From an uncultured bacterium (GTDB taxonomy: Bacteria; Patescibacteriota; Minisyncoccia; Minisyncoccales; Minisyncoccaceae), in NCBI GenBank assembly GCA_963807465.1, contig CAWECB010000002.1, positions 18,167 to 82,166 of the forward strand: a DNA stretch of 64,000 bases, read 5' to 3'. Positions 10,653-19,531 of this stretch are shown piece by piece. The translations under genes and the position numbers were made by a program. The notes beneath the pieces were generated by a model. That model worked only from the letters and a program-made list of their open reading frames with translations, was not told the origin of the DNA and ran no database searches. Within the stretch, counting starts at the first letter, position 1. Every line of letters starts with the position of its first letter.

Positions 10653-11450
10653 TCAGTAAGTGATGCGCTTCTGGACGTCGATACCGTTGAGCCCGGCGAG
10701 AACCTCCGCGATCTTCTTGCCTGCGGTGCCGTCACCATAGATGTCCTCCATTGGATGGCGGCCCGACTTCTTTTGCGTCATTATCGCCTCAGCGATCGCC
10801 CCAGTATCATGGTCAACGTCGAGCACATTGCTGCCGCGTTCGCGCGCCGTCTGGCGGGTGCCGATATTGACGACGGGCGTACCGATGAACGCACCTTCAC
10901 GGATGCCGCTAGAGGAATTACCGACGAGGCATGCGGTCCGGCTCATCAGGCGGACATAGGTGTCGATCGGCAGGTTCTTGAAAAAGTGCATGTCGTCGGC
11001 GAGCCCGCGCTCACGCCACTTGCGGATACCACGGGCGATGTCCTCGGACCCAGCATCGGCATTAGGCCACAGCACAATCGCCGCGAGACCGCATTTGCGC
11101 ACGGCGGATAGCGTCGCCGTGATCTGCTTCTCACCCTCGCCATATTCGGTCGTCACCGGATGCTGGCTCACGATTGCGAACGGCTTCGACAGATCGAGGG
11201 CAGCGCCCACGCCGAGATCGAATATCTTGTCATCCGATCTGTTGCTGTCGGGATCAAAATCTCGGCAACAAGGTCAATGCGCGGGCAGCCGACGCGGAAT
11301 ACCATTTCTTCTGGCTCGCCGAGCTTAATGATGCGTTCGGCGGCATCACGGCTCGCCGGGAAATGGATGTGAGCGAATTTGGTCACGGCGTGACGAATGC
11401 TCTCGTCGATGGTGCCAGAGACCTCTCCGCCCATGGTGTGCGTGGCGGCT
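10653..11450 (-). pseudogene. neuC: UDP-N-acetylglucosamine 2-epimerase (hydrolysing), 5-prime truncated at the composition junction, one frame change
   Basis: HTMGGEVSGTIDESIRHAVTKFAHIHF, GEPEEMVFRVGCPRIDL, LVGNSSSGIREGAFIGTPVVNIG. The N-terminal 90 aa or so are absent. Confidence 0.75.
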
Positions 11451-11646
11451 GGGATGGCCGAGCTTTGATGAAGAAATTAACGGAAGAGTGAAGCACATTC
11501 CGGATCCGGACGGCGTAAGAACCGAAATCGTCTGCGCTACTTGCGGAGCACATTTGGGACATGTTTTCAAGGGAAAAAACTTCACCCCTAACGATACAAG
11601 ACATTGCGTGAATTCATTATCGATAAAATTCATACCTAAAAATTGA
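11449..11646 (+). pseudogene. msrB: peptide-methionine (R)-S-oxide reductase MsrB, C-terminal fragment only
   Basis: LGWPSFDEEINGRVKHIPDPDGVRTEIVCATCGAHLGHVFKG...RHCVNSLSIKF with stop TGA at 11644..11646. The frame upstream of GWPSF is unrelated high-GC sequence. Confidence 0.75.
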
Positions 11647-11680
11647 CCGGCCTTCCTTAATCCAGTATAATTAAGAAAAA

Positions 11681-12184
11681 ATGGTAATAGACCCCATCAT
11701 AAAAAGAAGAGCCGTAAGGGAATACAGCGATGCTTCCGTTTCCGACGAATCGATCAAGGAAATAATCATGGCAGGAGAGTTTGCCCCAACGGCGGTTAAT
11801 AATAGAAGCGTGGAATTCCTCGTCATTAAGAGCAAGGAAAATAAAGAAGCGCTGTATAAGATCATCGAACCAAAACAGGAATTCCTAAAACATGCTCCGG
11901 TCTGGATAATCCCACTAATTGATACGGCTAAGTCCAGACTGCCTATACAAGACCTCTCTGTCGCCACCGAGAATATGCTCATAGAGGCAACGGCCTTAGG
12001 ACTAGGAAGCGTCTGGAGAAACATTGAACCCTTGATTGCTGAAAATATCAAAAAACTTTTGGATGTCCCCGATAATTTCATGATCATAAACATCGTCCCG
12101 TTGGGCTACGCAAAAACAACGCCCAAGCCTCACAACGAAGAAGATTTCTCGGAGAATAAAATACATTACGAAAAGTGGAGATAA
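11681..12184 (+). CDS. nitroreductase family protein
   Basis: 167 aa ORF. KRRAVREYSD..IKEIIMAGEFAPTAVNNRSVEFLVI is a typical nitroreductase N-terminus. Confidence 0.75.
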   Translation: MVIDPIIKRRAVREYSDASVSDESIKEIIMAGEFAPTAVNNRSVEFLVIKSKENKEALYKIIEPKQEFLKHAPVWIIPLIDTAKSRLPIQDLSVATENMLIEATALGLGSVWRNIEPLIAENIKKLLDVPDNFMIINIVPLGYAKTTPKPHNEEDFSENKIHYEKWR

Positions 12185-12245
12185 CAGCACCCATAAACAA
12201 ACTGCCGACCTGGCGGTTTTCATTTAAACGGGATATAATCGGGGT

Positions 12246-12828
12246 ATGTTTGATTTGATTTCCTTAATCGAAACTATAGGCTATGCTGGCGTATTCGCTG
12301 TCGTTTTTGCCGAATCGGGAATACTCCTGGGATTCTTCCTGCCCGGAGATAGTCTGCTTTTTACGGCGGGCCTCTTGGCTTCAAGCGGATTTTTCAACAT
12401 ATTCTTACTAATGCCGCTCCTCTTCATCGGAGCAGTGGCCGGGGACAGCTTTGGGTATTATTTAGGAAGAAAGTTCGGCCCGGGAATATTTAATAGAAAA
12501 GAGTCGTTCTTTTTCCATCCTAATAACGCGGAAACATCTAAAAGGTTTTTTGACAAATACGGAACCAAGACAATCTTCCTTGCCCGTTTCATTCCCATAA
12601 TCAGAACCTTCGCTCCAGTGCTTGCCGGAGTAGGGAAAATGGCATACGGTAGGTTCCTATCGTATAATATCGATTGGGGGGGCGGCTTGGGCCGTAATCC
12701 TGCCCCTTATTGGATATTATCTCGGCCGGAGCGTTCCCGACATCGATTACTATGTCCTGCCTATCGCCGCAATCATCATTATCGTCTCCTTTATTCCTGC
12801 GTTATTGGGAATTAGAAAGAATGGTTGA
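12246..12828 (+). pseudogene. DedA/SNARE-associated family membrane protein, single frameshift in a G7 run near 12672
   Basis: FLPGDSLLFTAGLLA and KTIFLARFIPIIRTFAPVLAGV motifs. After the GGGGGGG run the hydrophobic C-terminus (..VPDIDYYVLPIAAIIIIVSFIPALLGIRKNG*) continues in another frame. Confidence 0.75.
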
Positions 12829-12868
12829 CATTTAAATTTTTATTGTTATAATATATAAGGTTATTCAA

Positions 12869-13225
12869 ATGACCGGTTCTGCTAAATTACTGTATCCGAG
12901 CGAGGTTGTTGGTCTCTCGAAAGAGGAACTAGGGAAATACGTCAAAAGTCTCGCAGATGATGAGTTATATGAGCTAAACGGAAGGATGTTGTCCGCAAGA
13001 GGCAACTTCATCTGGACAAGATGTGCTATCTTGAAAGAACTAGTAAGCAGGCAGTTCGTAATTATCAAAAAAAAGGGTAGCAGGGGAGAATATCAACCCC
13101 AGATAGACAGCCTGTCTATCGGAGAGATAAAAATGGCTCTTTTCAAGTTTGTATTCCATCGAAAAAGAATCGAATGCACTTTCGACACCAATGGGAAACT
13201 ACTACGAGTAGTCCCCCAAAGATAG
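12869..13225 (+). CDS. hypothetical protein
   Basis: 118 aa ORF with a TTGACA/TATAAT-like promoter just upstream. I recognise no family. Confidence 0.4.
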   Translation: MTGSAKLLYPSEVVGLSKEELGKYVKSLADDELYELNGRMLSARGNFIWTRCAILKELVSRQFVIIKKKGSRGEYQPQIDSLSIGEIKMALFKFVFHRKRIECTFDTNGKLLRVVPQR

Positions 13226-13274
13226 ATAGTTAACTAAAGACTTATCTATCTTTTTTATTCCTCTTGGGTTGTGG

Positions 13275-13411
13275 TTGACAAATACAAATAAAAGAGTATA
13301 CTCGAAGCATAACTAAATAATCCACAGATAGCGGGCGCACATAAGTCCCGCCGAGGATAAAACAAGTAAAATTGTTGTATTGTCTGTGGAAACACGGATT
13401 TTTTAATAAAT
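13275..13411 (+). promoter_or_regulatory. promoter (TTGACA 13275-13280, TATACT 13297-13302) plus putative ribosomal protein L10 leader
   Basis: Consensus-like -35/-10 elements. The roughly 100 nt leader has a GCGGG..CCCGC hairpin nested in a CCACAGAT/GTCTGTGG long-range stem followed by a U-run, directly upstream of rplJ. Confidence 0.4.
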
Positions 13412-13933
13412 ATGCCATCGACAAGAGAACAAAAACAGAATATCATCAATGACCTTGAGACCAAGATTGAGAAGCAGAAGTCCATGGTTTTCATGGATTT
13501 CACCGGAGTTAAGGTTAAAGAATTGGCGAATTTTAGAGAGAAGCTAAAAGAGCAGAATAGCGAGCTGAAGGTGGCGAAAAAGAGCTTGATGGAAATCGCT
13601 CTCAAGAACAAGAATATTGATTTGGACACAAAGAAGCTGGAAGGAGAGGTAGCCATGGTAATGGGATACAAGGATGAAATAGTACCCAGCAAGATGGTCT
13701 ACCAGTTTTCAAAGGAAAACCAGAAGGTGAAAATACTGGGAGGATTCCTTGAAAACAAGTTCTATGAGGTAGCCGATATTATAAGGTTGGCCGAGCTGCC
13801 CTCAAAAGAACAACTGCTTTCTATGTTGGTCGGAACCATGTCCGCTCCGGCGACAAACTTTGTGGGGGTATTGCAGGGTAATTTAAGAAAGCTGGTATTC
13901 GCGCTTTCGGCGATTAAAGATAAAAAAGCATAA
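13412..13933 (+). CDS. rplJ: 50S ribosomal protein L10
   Basis: 173 aa ORF immediately upstream of L7/L12. The MVFMDFTGVKVKELANFR region is typical of L10. Confidence 0.9.
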   Translation: MPSTREQKQNIINDLETKIEKQKSMVFMDFTGVKVKELANFREKLKEQNSELKVAKKSLMEIALKNKNIDLDTKKLEGEVAMVMGYKDEIVPSKMVYQFSKENQKVKILGGFLENKFYEVADIIRLAELPSKEQLLSMLVGTMSAPATNFVGVLQGNLRKLVFALSAIKDKKA

Positions 13934-14013
13934 TCAAAATATAAAATCATTAGAATAAGGCGTAAGGTAAAAACACTGTTTAGCCCTTAACGAATTATTC
14001 GATGTAAAAACAA

Positions 14014-14430
14014 ATGGCAGAAGAAATAGAGACAGTAGAGGTTCCTGAAAAGTTCAAGAAGCTTGTCGAAGAAGTGGAAAAGATGTCTGTTCTAGACTTG
14101 GCAGAATTAGTAAAGGTGCTTGAGAAAAAGTTCGGTGTATCGGCAGCTCCTCAGATGGTAGCCGCAGCAGCCGGAGTAGCTCCTGCCGCCGCAGCAGCCG
14201 GAGAAGAGAAATCTTCATTCAATGTCGTCTTAACATCGGCCGGGGATAAGAAGATCGAAGTTATCAAGGTTGTAAGGGATGTAACCCAGAAAGGATTGAA
14301 GGAAGCCAAGGACTTAGTTGATGCCATAGCCACGGCTCCTCAGACAATCAAAGAAGACGCAAAGAAAGAAGAGGCGGAGGAATTGAAGAAAAAATTCACC
14401 GAAGCTGGCGCAACTGTAGAACTAAAGTAA
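14014..14430 (+). CDS. rplL: 50S ribosomal protein L7/L12
   Basis: Ala-rich hinge [17 protein letters not shown] and conserved C-domain [24 protein letters not shown]...[20 protein letters not shown]. Confidence 0.95.
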   Translation: MAEEIETVEVPEKFKKLVEEVEKMSVLDLAELVKVLEKKFGVSAAPQMVAAAAGVAPAAAAAGEEKSSFNVVLTSAGDKKIEVIKVVRDVTQKGLKEAKDLVDAIATAPQTIKEDAKKEEAEELKKKFTEAGATVELK

Positions 14431-14445
14431 GCTTTAAAATCAAAG

Positions 14446-14467
14446 CTCCGCACGATGCGGAGTTTTT
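14446..14467 (+). terminator. intrinsic terminator after rplL
   Basis: CTCCGCA-cga-TGCGGAG hairpin followed by TTTTT. Confidence 0.7.
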
Positions 14468-14499
14468 GGTTTAATAAAAAGAAAACGCTGGCACATTGT

Positions 14500-14960
14500 G
14501 TCAGCTTGGGATGAATTAGAAGATTTTCTCTAGTGGGAGTTGTTGAGGAAGTGTTTGGGCCCTCTCTCTTTGGTTATTGAAACCATTGATCATTAAGAGC
14601 ACAACATCTTCTCATATCTCCCTTGGTCGCATAGGTGCAACCAGATTCATTCAGGTCTCTGGCAACCGGCATTACATCCAGTTCCAGTAAAAGCCAGCGC
14701 GCGGGCATGGCGTAAGGCTATGCTTTAACCATGAAATTCTCCGAAGTAGAGTTTTCCTCGGGCCGAAGAGGGCGGAGGGGACGAGTCGACCGATGGTACG
14801 GATTATGCCTAGTGGGGTAATCCGTTCTCGACGGGACTATGCCTCCTCTCTTGGGCGCTTGTGCTTGGGCCTTGATCAGGTTCCGTTTACAGGCCGGCGC
14901 AACCACACACTGATACCGTTGCACAACAGTTCGAGTTCATTATATCAGACTTCCTGAATC
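14500..14960. ncRNA. GC-enriched, highly structured non-coding region; unidentified RNA candidate
   Basis: No credible ORF in any frame and visibly higher GC than the flanks. Many nested helices are present, e.g. CGGATTA..TAATCCG, GTCGA..TCGAC and GGCATGG..CTATGCC. Strand and identity are unresolved. Confidence 0.3.
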
Positions 14961-15152
14961 GGTCATCAAAGAGAAACTCCCTGGTGACCTGCTTTAGCAA
15001 TACTCGATACATATATTGTTAAAGTAGGCCACCAAGAATCTTCTTTATTCATATAAAAAGAACATATCTGCATTATAGACATTTAATAATTTTTGTCAAA
15101 TTCCAAAATGTGGAAAACTAAAAAACACCTCCGATGAAAGAGGTGCTCTAGC

Positions 15153-15893
15153 TTATTTGCAAACGCTTGCTGGCTGGTTTCCCGTGGCCCTGCAGATAAC
15201 CTTTGTCAGTGTGGTCTTTTCCGCAGCTTCCCCCTGAGATTCTCCTGACCCTATCCTGTAATACTTGCATCCGATTACCAAAGTGGGAACCGAGCCCGTG
15301 CTGTACTGAGTAAAGATGTTCTGATCTTTGCTTGAGTCGATGTTTTCGTGGAATGAGATGACGCTACCGAACTCCTTAATGATTCCCTCCAAGATGGGTT
15401 TCTCCCATTGGCAGTGAGGACAGGTTCCTGAACCGAAGAAATATACTATGGGCTTCTCGTTCTCTTTGCAAACATCGACAGCCGTTATTTCCTTAAATCC
15501 TCCTTCTACGTCGGTTGCTGTTTTCTGGGCCATTTCCGGCTGGCTAGTGTTAGTATTAGATGAACCGCTTGTCGAAGGATTCTTACTGATGTCTATACTA
15601 TCCTGAGTGAAGAGATCCTTTCCGTCGGCGGAAACGTACGATACGAACTGCTGTCCGCCGAGAGTAAGGTCGAACTTGTAGAGCTTATTTATAACCTTGC
15701 CGTCAATTTTCGAAAGGGTAGCCTGCTGTCCCGAGGTTGTCAAATTCTTATTAATGTAGTTTATGGCCTTCGCGGTCGCCGCCTTGGGAGTCATATTATT
15801 GAAATTGTCCTTAATGACTACCACCGCTAAAGCAATAGATACTAGAGCGAGAACGATAGTTACGATCTTCCACTTATTCATATTCATTTCCAT
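15153..15893 (-). CDS. membrane-anchored thioredoxin-fold thiol:disulfide oxidoreductase
   Basis: N-terminal TM anchor KWKIVTIVLALVSIALAVVVI and CxxC active site in FFGSGTCPHCQWEKP. Confidence 0.7.
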   Translation of the reverse strand: MEMNMNKWKIVTIVLALVSIALAVVVIKDNFNNMTPKAATAKAINYINKNLTTSGQQATLSKIDGKVINKLYKFDLTLGGQQFVSYVSADGKDLFTQDSIDISKNPSTSGSSNTNTSQPEMAQKTATDVEGGFKEITAVDVCKENEKPIVYFFGSGTCPHCQWEKPILEGIIKEFGSVISFHENIDSSKDQNIFTQYSTGSVPTLVIGCKYYRIGSGESQGEAAEKTTLTKVICRATGNQPASVCK

Positions 15894-15959
15894 AACTTTG
15901 TGATTTATTATTATGCTGTCTATTATAGCAATTAACTTTTAGAAAGCAAAGCAGTTAAA

Positions 15960-15987
15960 GCCCCGCAAGCGGGGCAACTGTTTTTTT
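15960..15987. terminator. GC hairpin between two minus-strand genes (possible terminator)
   Basis: GCCCCGC-aa-GCGGGGC hairpin with a T7 run on the plus side and a T-rich tract on the minus side. Confidence 0.35.
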
Positions 15988-15995
15988 GATTGTTA

Positions 15996-16223
15996 TTACT
16001 CGTCCTCTTCTGCGCCGAAGTCATTACCAATTTCTTCTTCATCATCATCCGTATCGTCATCCATATCATCATCTTCGTCTTCATCATCATCGCCGAGTTC
16101 CTCTTCGTCTTCCTCTTCTTCGTCTCCGTCGCACTCATCGCAACCACACTCATCTCCCTCTTCTTTTTCACCTTCTTCTACGGCTAACGATTCGACTTCT
16201 TTTAATTCTTCTTCAAAAATCAT
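15996..16223 (-). CDS. hyperacidic small protein (D/E-rich) with CGCDEC motif
   Basis: ATG 16223. MIFEEELKEVESLAVEEGEKEEGDECGCDECDGDEEEEDEEELGDDDEDEDDDMDDDTDDDEEEIGNDFGAEEDE. The other ORFs here are frame shadows of the same repeat-like DNA. Confidence 0.55.
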   Translation of the reverse strand: MIFEEELKEVESLAVEEGEKEEGDECGCDECDGDEEEEDEEELGDDDEDEDDDMDDDTDDDEEEIGNDFGAEEDE

Positions 16224-16424
16224 ATTTTTATTAAAGGTTATTAACAAATGCTTTATCTTTTAATAAAGATAATTTGATGCCTATTTTTTCTTATAAATGC
16301 CGACCTTTTTTCCTACGATGCTATCATTATAATTGTAGAAAATTTATTGTCAAGGCCTATCTCGCTGTAGACATTTTAATTAAAAAAGTTATAATTATAT
16401 AAACACACAAAAAGAGAAGAAATC

Positions 16425-16799
16425 ATGAATATTTTCATAAAATACCTATACTGGCAGTTCGTATTATCCCCCAAGAAGATATTGGGGATAATAAAGAACT
16501 ATTTGGCCTTCGGGTTTGATTTCTTTTCAGTAAAAGAATCTTTAAGATCTCTATTCTCCCCGTGGAGAAGGCAAAGCTGGTCATACGGTCGAGGCTTTGA
16601 CATAGGACGCTACATCGAAACATTCTTCTCGAACCTCATAGCGAGGATAATAGGATTCATAATGAGAGTGTTCATCCTATTATTATTTGTTTTATACGAA
16701 ATTTTCTTTTTAATCCTGGGCGCTGCTGTTTTTTTGCTGGTTCTTATTTATCCCGTCCTCGCGATCTGGGGCATAATCTACAGCTTTAAATACTTATAA
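16425..16799 (+). CDS. small membrane protein
   Basis: 124 aa ORF whose C-terminal half is hydrophobic (FILLLFVLYEIFFLILGAAVFLLVLIYPVLAIWGIIY). Its stop abuts the start of the downstream AAA+ gene. Confidence 0.5.
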   Translation: MNIFIKYLYWQFVLSPKKILGIIKNYLAFGFDFFSVKESLRSLFSPWRRQSWSYGRGFDIGRYIETFFSNLIARIIGFIMRVFILLLFVLYEIFFLILGAAVFLLVLIYPVLAIWGIIYSFKYL

Positions 16800-16800
16800 G

Positions 16801-19332
16801 ATGTTTGATCTAAACAAAACTCAAATAAACGGAGCAGTCGAACTGGAAAATCTGTTCCTTCTTTTAAGGATAATCAAGAACCTCCTCTTGGCGGTTGCGT
16901 TAGTTTTGCTTGCCGCCTTCTCTTACGATATAGTTTTAGGAGAAACAAACAGGTTTATGCTGTCCAGCTTACTAGGATGGGTCATCCTCTCATTATCTTC
17001 TTTTCTATTATTAAGGAATTTCGGCTACTTTTTTAATGAATGCCTAAAAAATCCGAAAAGAAAAATATCTCTGGCTGACGCAACGAGTAAAAACGGAAAC
17101 ATAGCCTCTTATCTTAATTTTAGAGCCGCTAAGTATCTTTCCCTGGCCTTGCATTTCGCTAAAAGTAAGAAATTGAAATATCCCAACCCGACGATACTCC
17201 TGTATTTCTTCCTCGATACCAAAAATCCACGAATCATTTTCATATTTTCTAGGCTTTTAATAGACCTTAACGGACTTAAAAAAAATCTTAAGGATAAGAT
17301 ACACAAAGAAACGCAAGTCGATTTATCAAAGGAAGAGTTCGAACAAATATTCGCCGATGCGACCAATCTAGCGATAAAAAGGGGATCGGAAGAAATAAGG
17401 GAAGGGGATGTAATGGCTGCTTTAAGCACGATAGAGCCCAATCTGAAAGAAATCATAACAAATTCCGACCTAGAAGAAGTAGATTTCGAGAATGCTAACC
17501 AATGGCAGGAATCCGTTTACAGGAAAATCCACAAAGATAAACGCTTCTGGGATTATGAAAATCTTTTAAAGGCGGGTTCGATAGGGAAATATTGGGGTGC
17601 GGGGTACACTCCCACCCTTGATTGCTTCTCGACCGATTGGACCGATATCGTAAGAGCAAGGGGCTTCGAGGAAATAATTGGTCATAAGGACAAGATTGAG
17701 CAGGTTGAGATGATTCTTTCTAAAAAGGGTGGAAATGTATTAATCGTGGGAGATCCGGGAGCCGGAAGAAAGAACATAATCCATGCTTTGATAAGGAAAG
17801 CTCTCTTAAAACAATCCACTCCGGAAATTAACAATAACAGATTTGTCGAACTGGACATCATTTCCTTAACAACGAACATCTCTTCGTTCGAACAGATGGA
17901 AAAGGTTTTGGACCAGTGTTTCGCCGAAGTGGCTAAGGCCGGCAACGTTATACTCGTAATCAACGACTTCCATGATTTCTTGGGAAAACAACAGAAAGCC
18001 GGCATAGTTGATATTTCCGGAATCATCGCTCCCTATCTTTCCATGCCTAGCTTCAAAACGATTTGTATGACTTCGAACGAAGGACTGCATAAATATGTGG
18101 AAGGGAAACCTGGGATACTGGCCCAGTTCGAAAAGGTGGAAGTTCCTGAGATGTCAACGGAAGAAACCTTAATGGTTTTGGAATCGAACGCCTTCGGATT
18201 GGAAAGGGAGTATGAAAAATTCATACCTTACACGGCCCTAAAAGAGACCGTCAAAGTCGCCGAAAAGTATATTTCCAATTATCCTTTCCCACAGAAGGCC
18301 ATGACCCTTCTTGAGGACACAGTCATATACAGCAGAAAATTACCCGACGGGCAAGTGATATTGCCGGAGTACGTAGACCAAGTCCTTTCGGAAAAAGTTC
18401 AGATCCCAGTAGGGAAAATAAAAAGTAAAGAAAAAACAGTTCTTTTGGACCTTGAGAATATCCTCCACAAAAGAATCATCGCCCAAGATGAAGCTATAAA
18501 AGATATCTCTTCAGCCCTGAGAAGAGCGAGGACTGGTGTCCAGACGAGAAAAGGACCAATGGGAAGCTTCCTTTTTCTGGGGCCGACTGGAGTGGGCAAG
18601 ACTGAGACCGCAAAAGCTCTCGCCGAAACATATTTCGGCTCCGAGGACAAAATGGTGAGGATAGACATGTCGGAGTTCCAGAGGATAGATGATATCCCGA
18701 GGTTACTAGGAAGCGAAGAACAGGAGGGTATCTTGACTACGCAGATAAAAGACAATCCATTCTCTCTAGTATTATTGGATGAAATAGAAAAGGCTCACCC
18801 GAACGTTTTAAACGTCTTCCTGCAGGTCTTGGACGAAGGATACGTCAATGATAATCTAGGTAGGAAGATATCATTTGCAAATACGATTATCATAGCCACG
18901 AGCAATGCCGGATACGAAGTAATACTAAAAGCCATTGAAGAAGGCAAAGAGATGTTCGAGATAAAAAAGGAACTTCTCGACTTTATCTTAAATAAGGGAA
19001 TATTCAGACCGGAGTTCGTCAACAGGTTCGACGGAGTGGTGGTATTCAAGTCATTAAGTAAGAATGACTTAATGTCCATCGCCCAATTACAGCTGGACAA
19101 GATAAATAGCAACCTTAAGAGCAAGAAGATAAAACTGGATATCACTCCTGAATTGAAACAGGCAGTCGTTGACCTAAGCTATGACCCGGTATTCGGAGCG
19201 AGGGAAATGAAAAGGGTAATACAGGATAAGATAGAAAATACTATCGCCAGGGCTTTGCTTTCAGATTCGATTCCTCAGGGAAGCAAGATTCGGATTGATC
19301 CCAAAACGTTTGAGATAAGCTTCGTACAATAG
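16801..19332 (+). CDS. membrane-anchored Clp/Hsp100-type AAA+ ATPase with atypical first nucleotide-binding domain
   Basis: Two N-terminal TM helices. NBD1 P-loop is GDPGAGRKN (not GxxGxGKT). NBD2 is canonical: GPTGVGKTETAKALA, LLDEIEKAHPNVLNVFLQVLDEG, IIIATSN. Confidence 0.8.
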   Translation: MFDLNKTQINGAVELENLFLLLRIIKNLLLAVALVLLAAFSYDIVLGETNRFMLSSLLGWVILSLSSFLLLRNFGYFFNECLKNPKRKISLADATSKNGNIASYLNFRAAKYLSLALHFAKSKKLKYPNPTILLYFFLDTKNPRIIFIFSRLLIDLNGLKKNLKDKIHKETQVDLSKEEFEQIFADATNLAIKRGSEEIREGDVMAALSTIEPNLKEIITNSDLEEVDFENANQWQESVYRKIHKDKRFWDYENLLKAGSIGKYWGAGYTPTLDCFSTDWTDIVRARGFEEIIGHKDKIEQVEMILSKKGGNVLIVGDPGAGRKNIIHALIRKALLKQSTPEINNNRFVELDIISLTTNISSFEQMEKVLDQCFAEVAKAGNVILVINDFHDFLGKQQKAGIVDISGIIAPYLSMPSFKTICMTSNEGLHKYVEGKPGILAQFEKVEVPEMSTEETLMVLESNAFGLEREYEKFIPYTALKETVKVAEKYISNYPFPQKAMTLLEDTVIYSRKLPDGQVILPEYVDQVLSEKVQIPVGKIKSKEKTVLLDLENILHKRIIAQDEAIKDISSALRRARTGVQTRKGPMGSFLFLGPTGVGKTETAKALAETYFGSEDKMVRIDMSEFQRIDDIPRLLGSEEQEGILTTQIKDNPFSLVLLDEIEKAHPNVLNVFLQVLDEGYVNDNLGRKISFANTIIIATSNAGYEVILKAIEEGKEMFEIKKELLDFILNKGIFRPEFVNRFDGVVVFKSLSKNDLMSIAQLQLDKINSNLKSKKIKLDITPELKQAVVDLSYDPVFGAREMKRVIQDKIENTIARALLSDSIPQGSKIRIDPKTFEISFVQ

Positions 19333-19345
19333 AATTAACGAAAGG

Positions 19346-19371
19346 ACGCCGGTGGGGAACCGGTGTTTTTT
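19346..19371 (+). terminator. intrinsic terminator after the AAA+ gene
   Basis: ACGCCGGT-gggga-ACCGGTGT hairpin followed by TTTTTT. Confidence 0.7.
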
Positions 19372-19436
19372 GTTTACCTGGGGACAAATTATCCGGAAGA
19401 CCGTTAAATCAACGTTTTTGCCATGTAGACAAGTGG

Positions 19437-19526
19437 TTGACAAGTTTTATAGGGTGGGGTAAAATGGTGGTACAGTGTTTACAAGTGGGGAAAAGTGTGG
19501 ATAACTCAAATGAACTGGGGACAAAT
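19437..19526 (+). promoter_or_regulatory. mraZ promoter (TTGACA 19437-42, TAAAAT 19460-65) with GTGGGG-type direct repeats (candidate MraZ operator)
   Basis: (G/C)TGGGG boxes at 19454, 19485 and 19515, spaced about 30 nt apart, plus GTGG/GTGTGG boxes between them. MraZ is known to bind direct GTG-containing repeats at its own promoter. Confidence 0.45.
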
Positions 19527-19531
19527 AAAAT

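Noticed and set aside
14813-14860. tmRNA: GGGGTAATCCGTTCTCGACGGGA resembles the conserved tmRNA 5-prime end
   Set aside because: No tRNA-like T-arm (GGTTCGAnTCC) or complementary 3-prime acceptor strand with CCA occurs within 500 nt on either side, even allowing a permuted gene. No plausible tag reading frame ending in an ALAA-like sequence was found.
15932-16234. ORFs 15932..16171 (minus), 15986..16234 (plus) and 15990..16187 (plus) overlapping the acidic-protein gene
   Set aside because: They are alternative-frame and antisense readings of the same GAT/GAA-rich DNA (poly-K/M, poly-H/L/R, poly-I/F). Only the D/E-rich frame has an ATG with a sensible context and a downstream hairpin.
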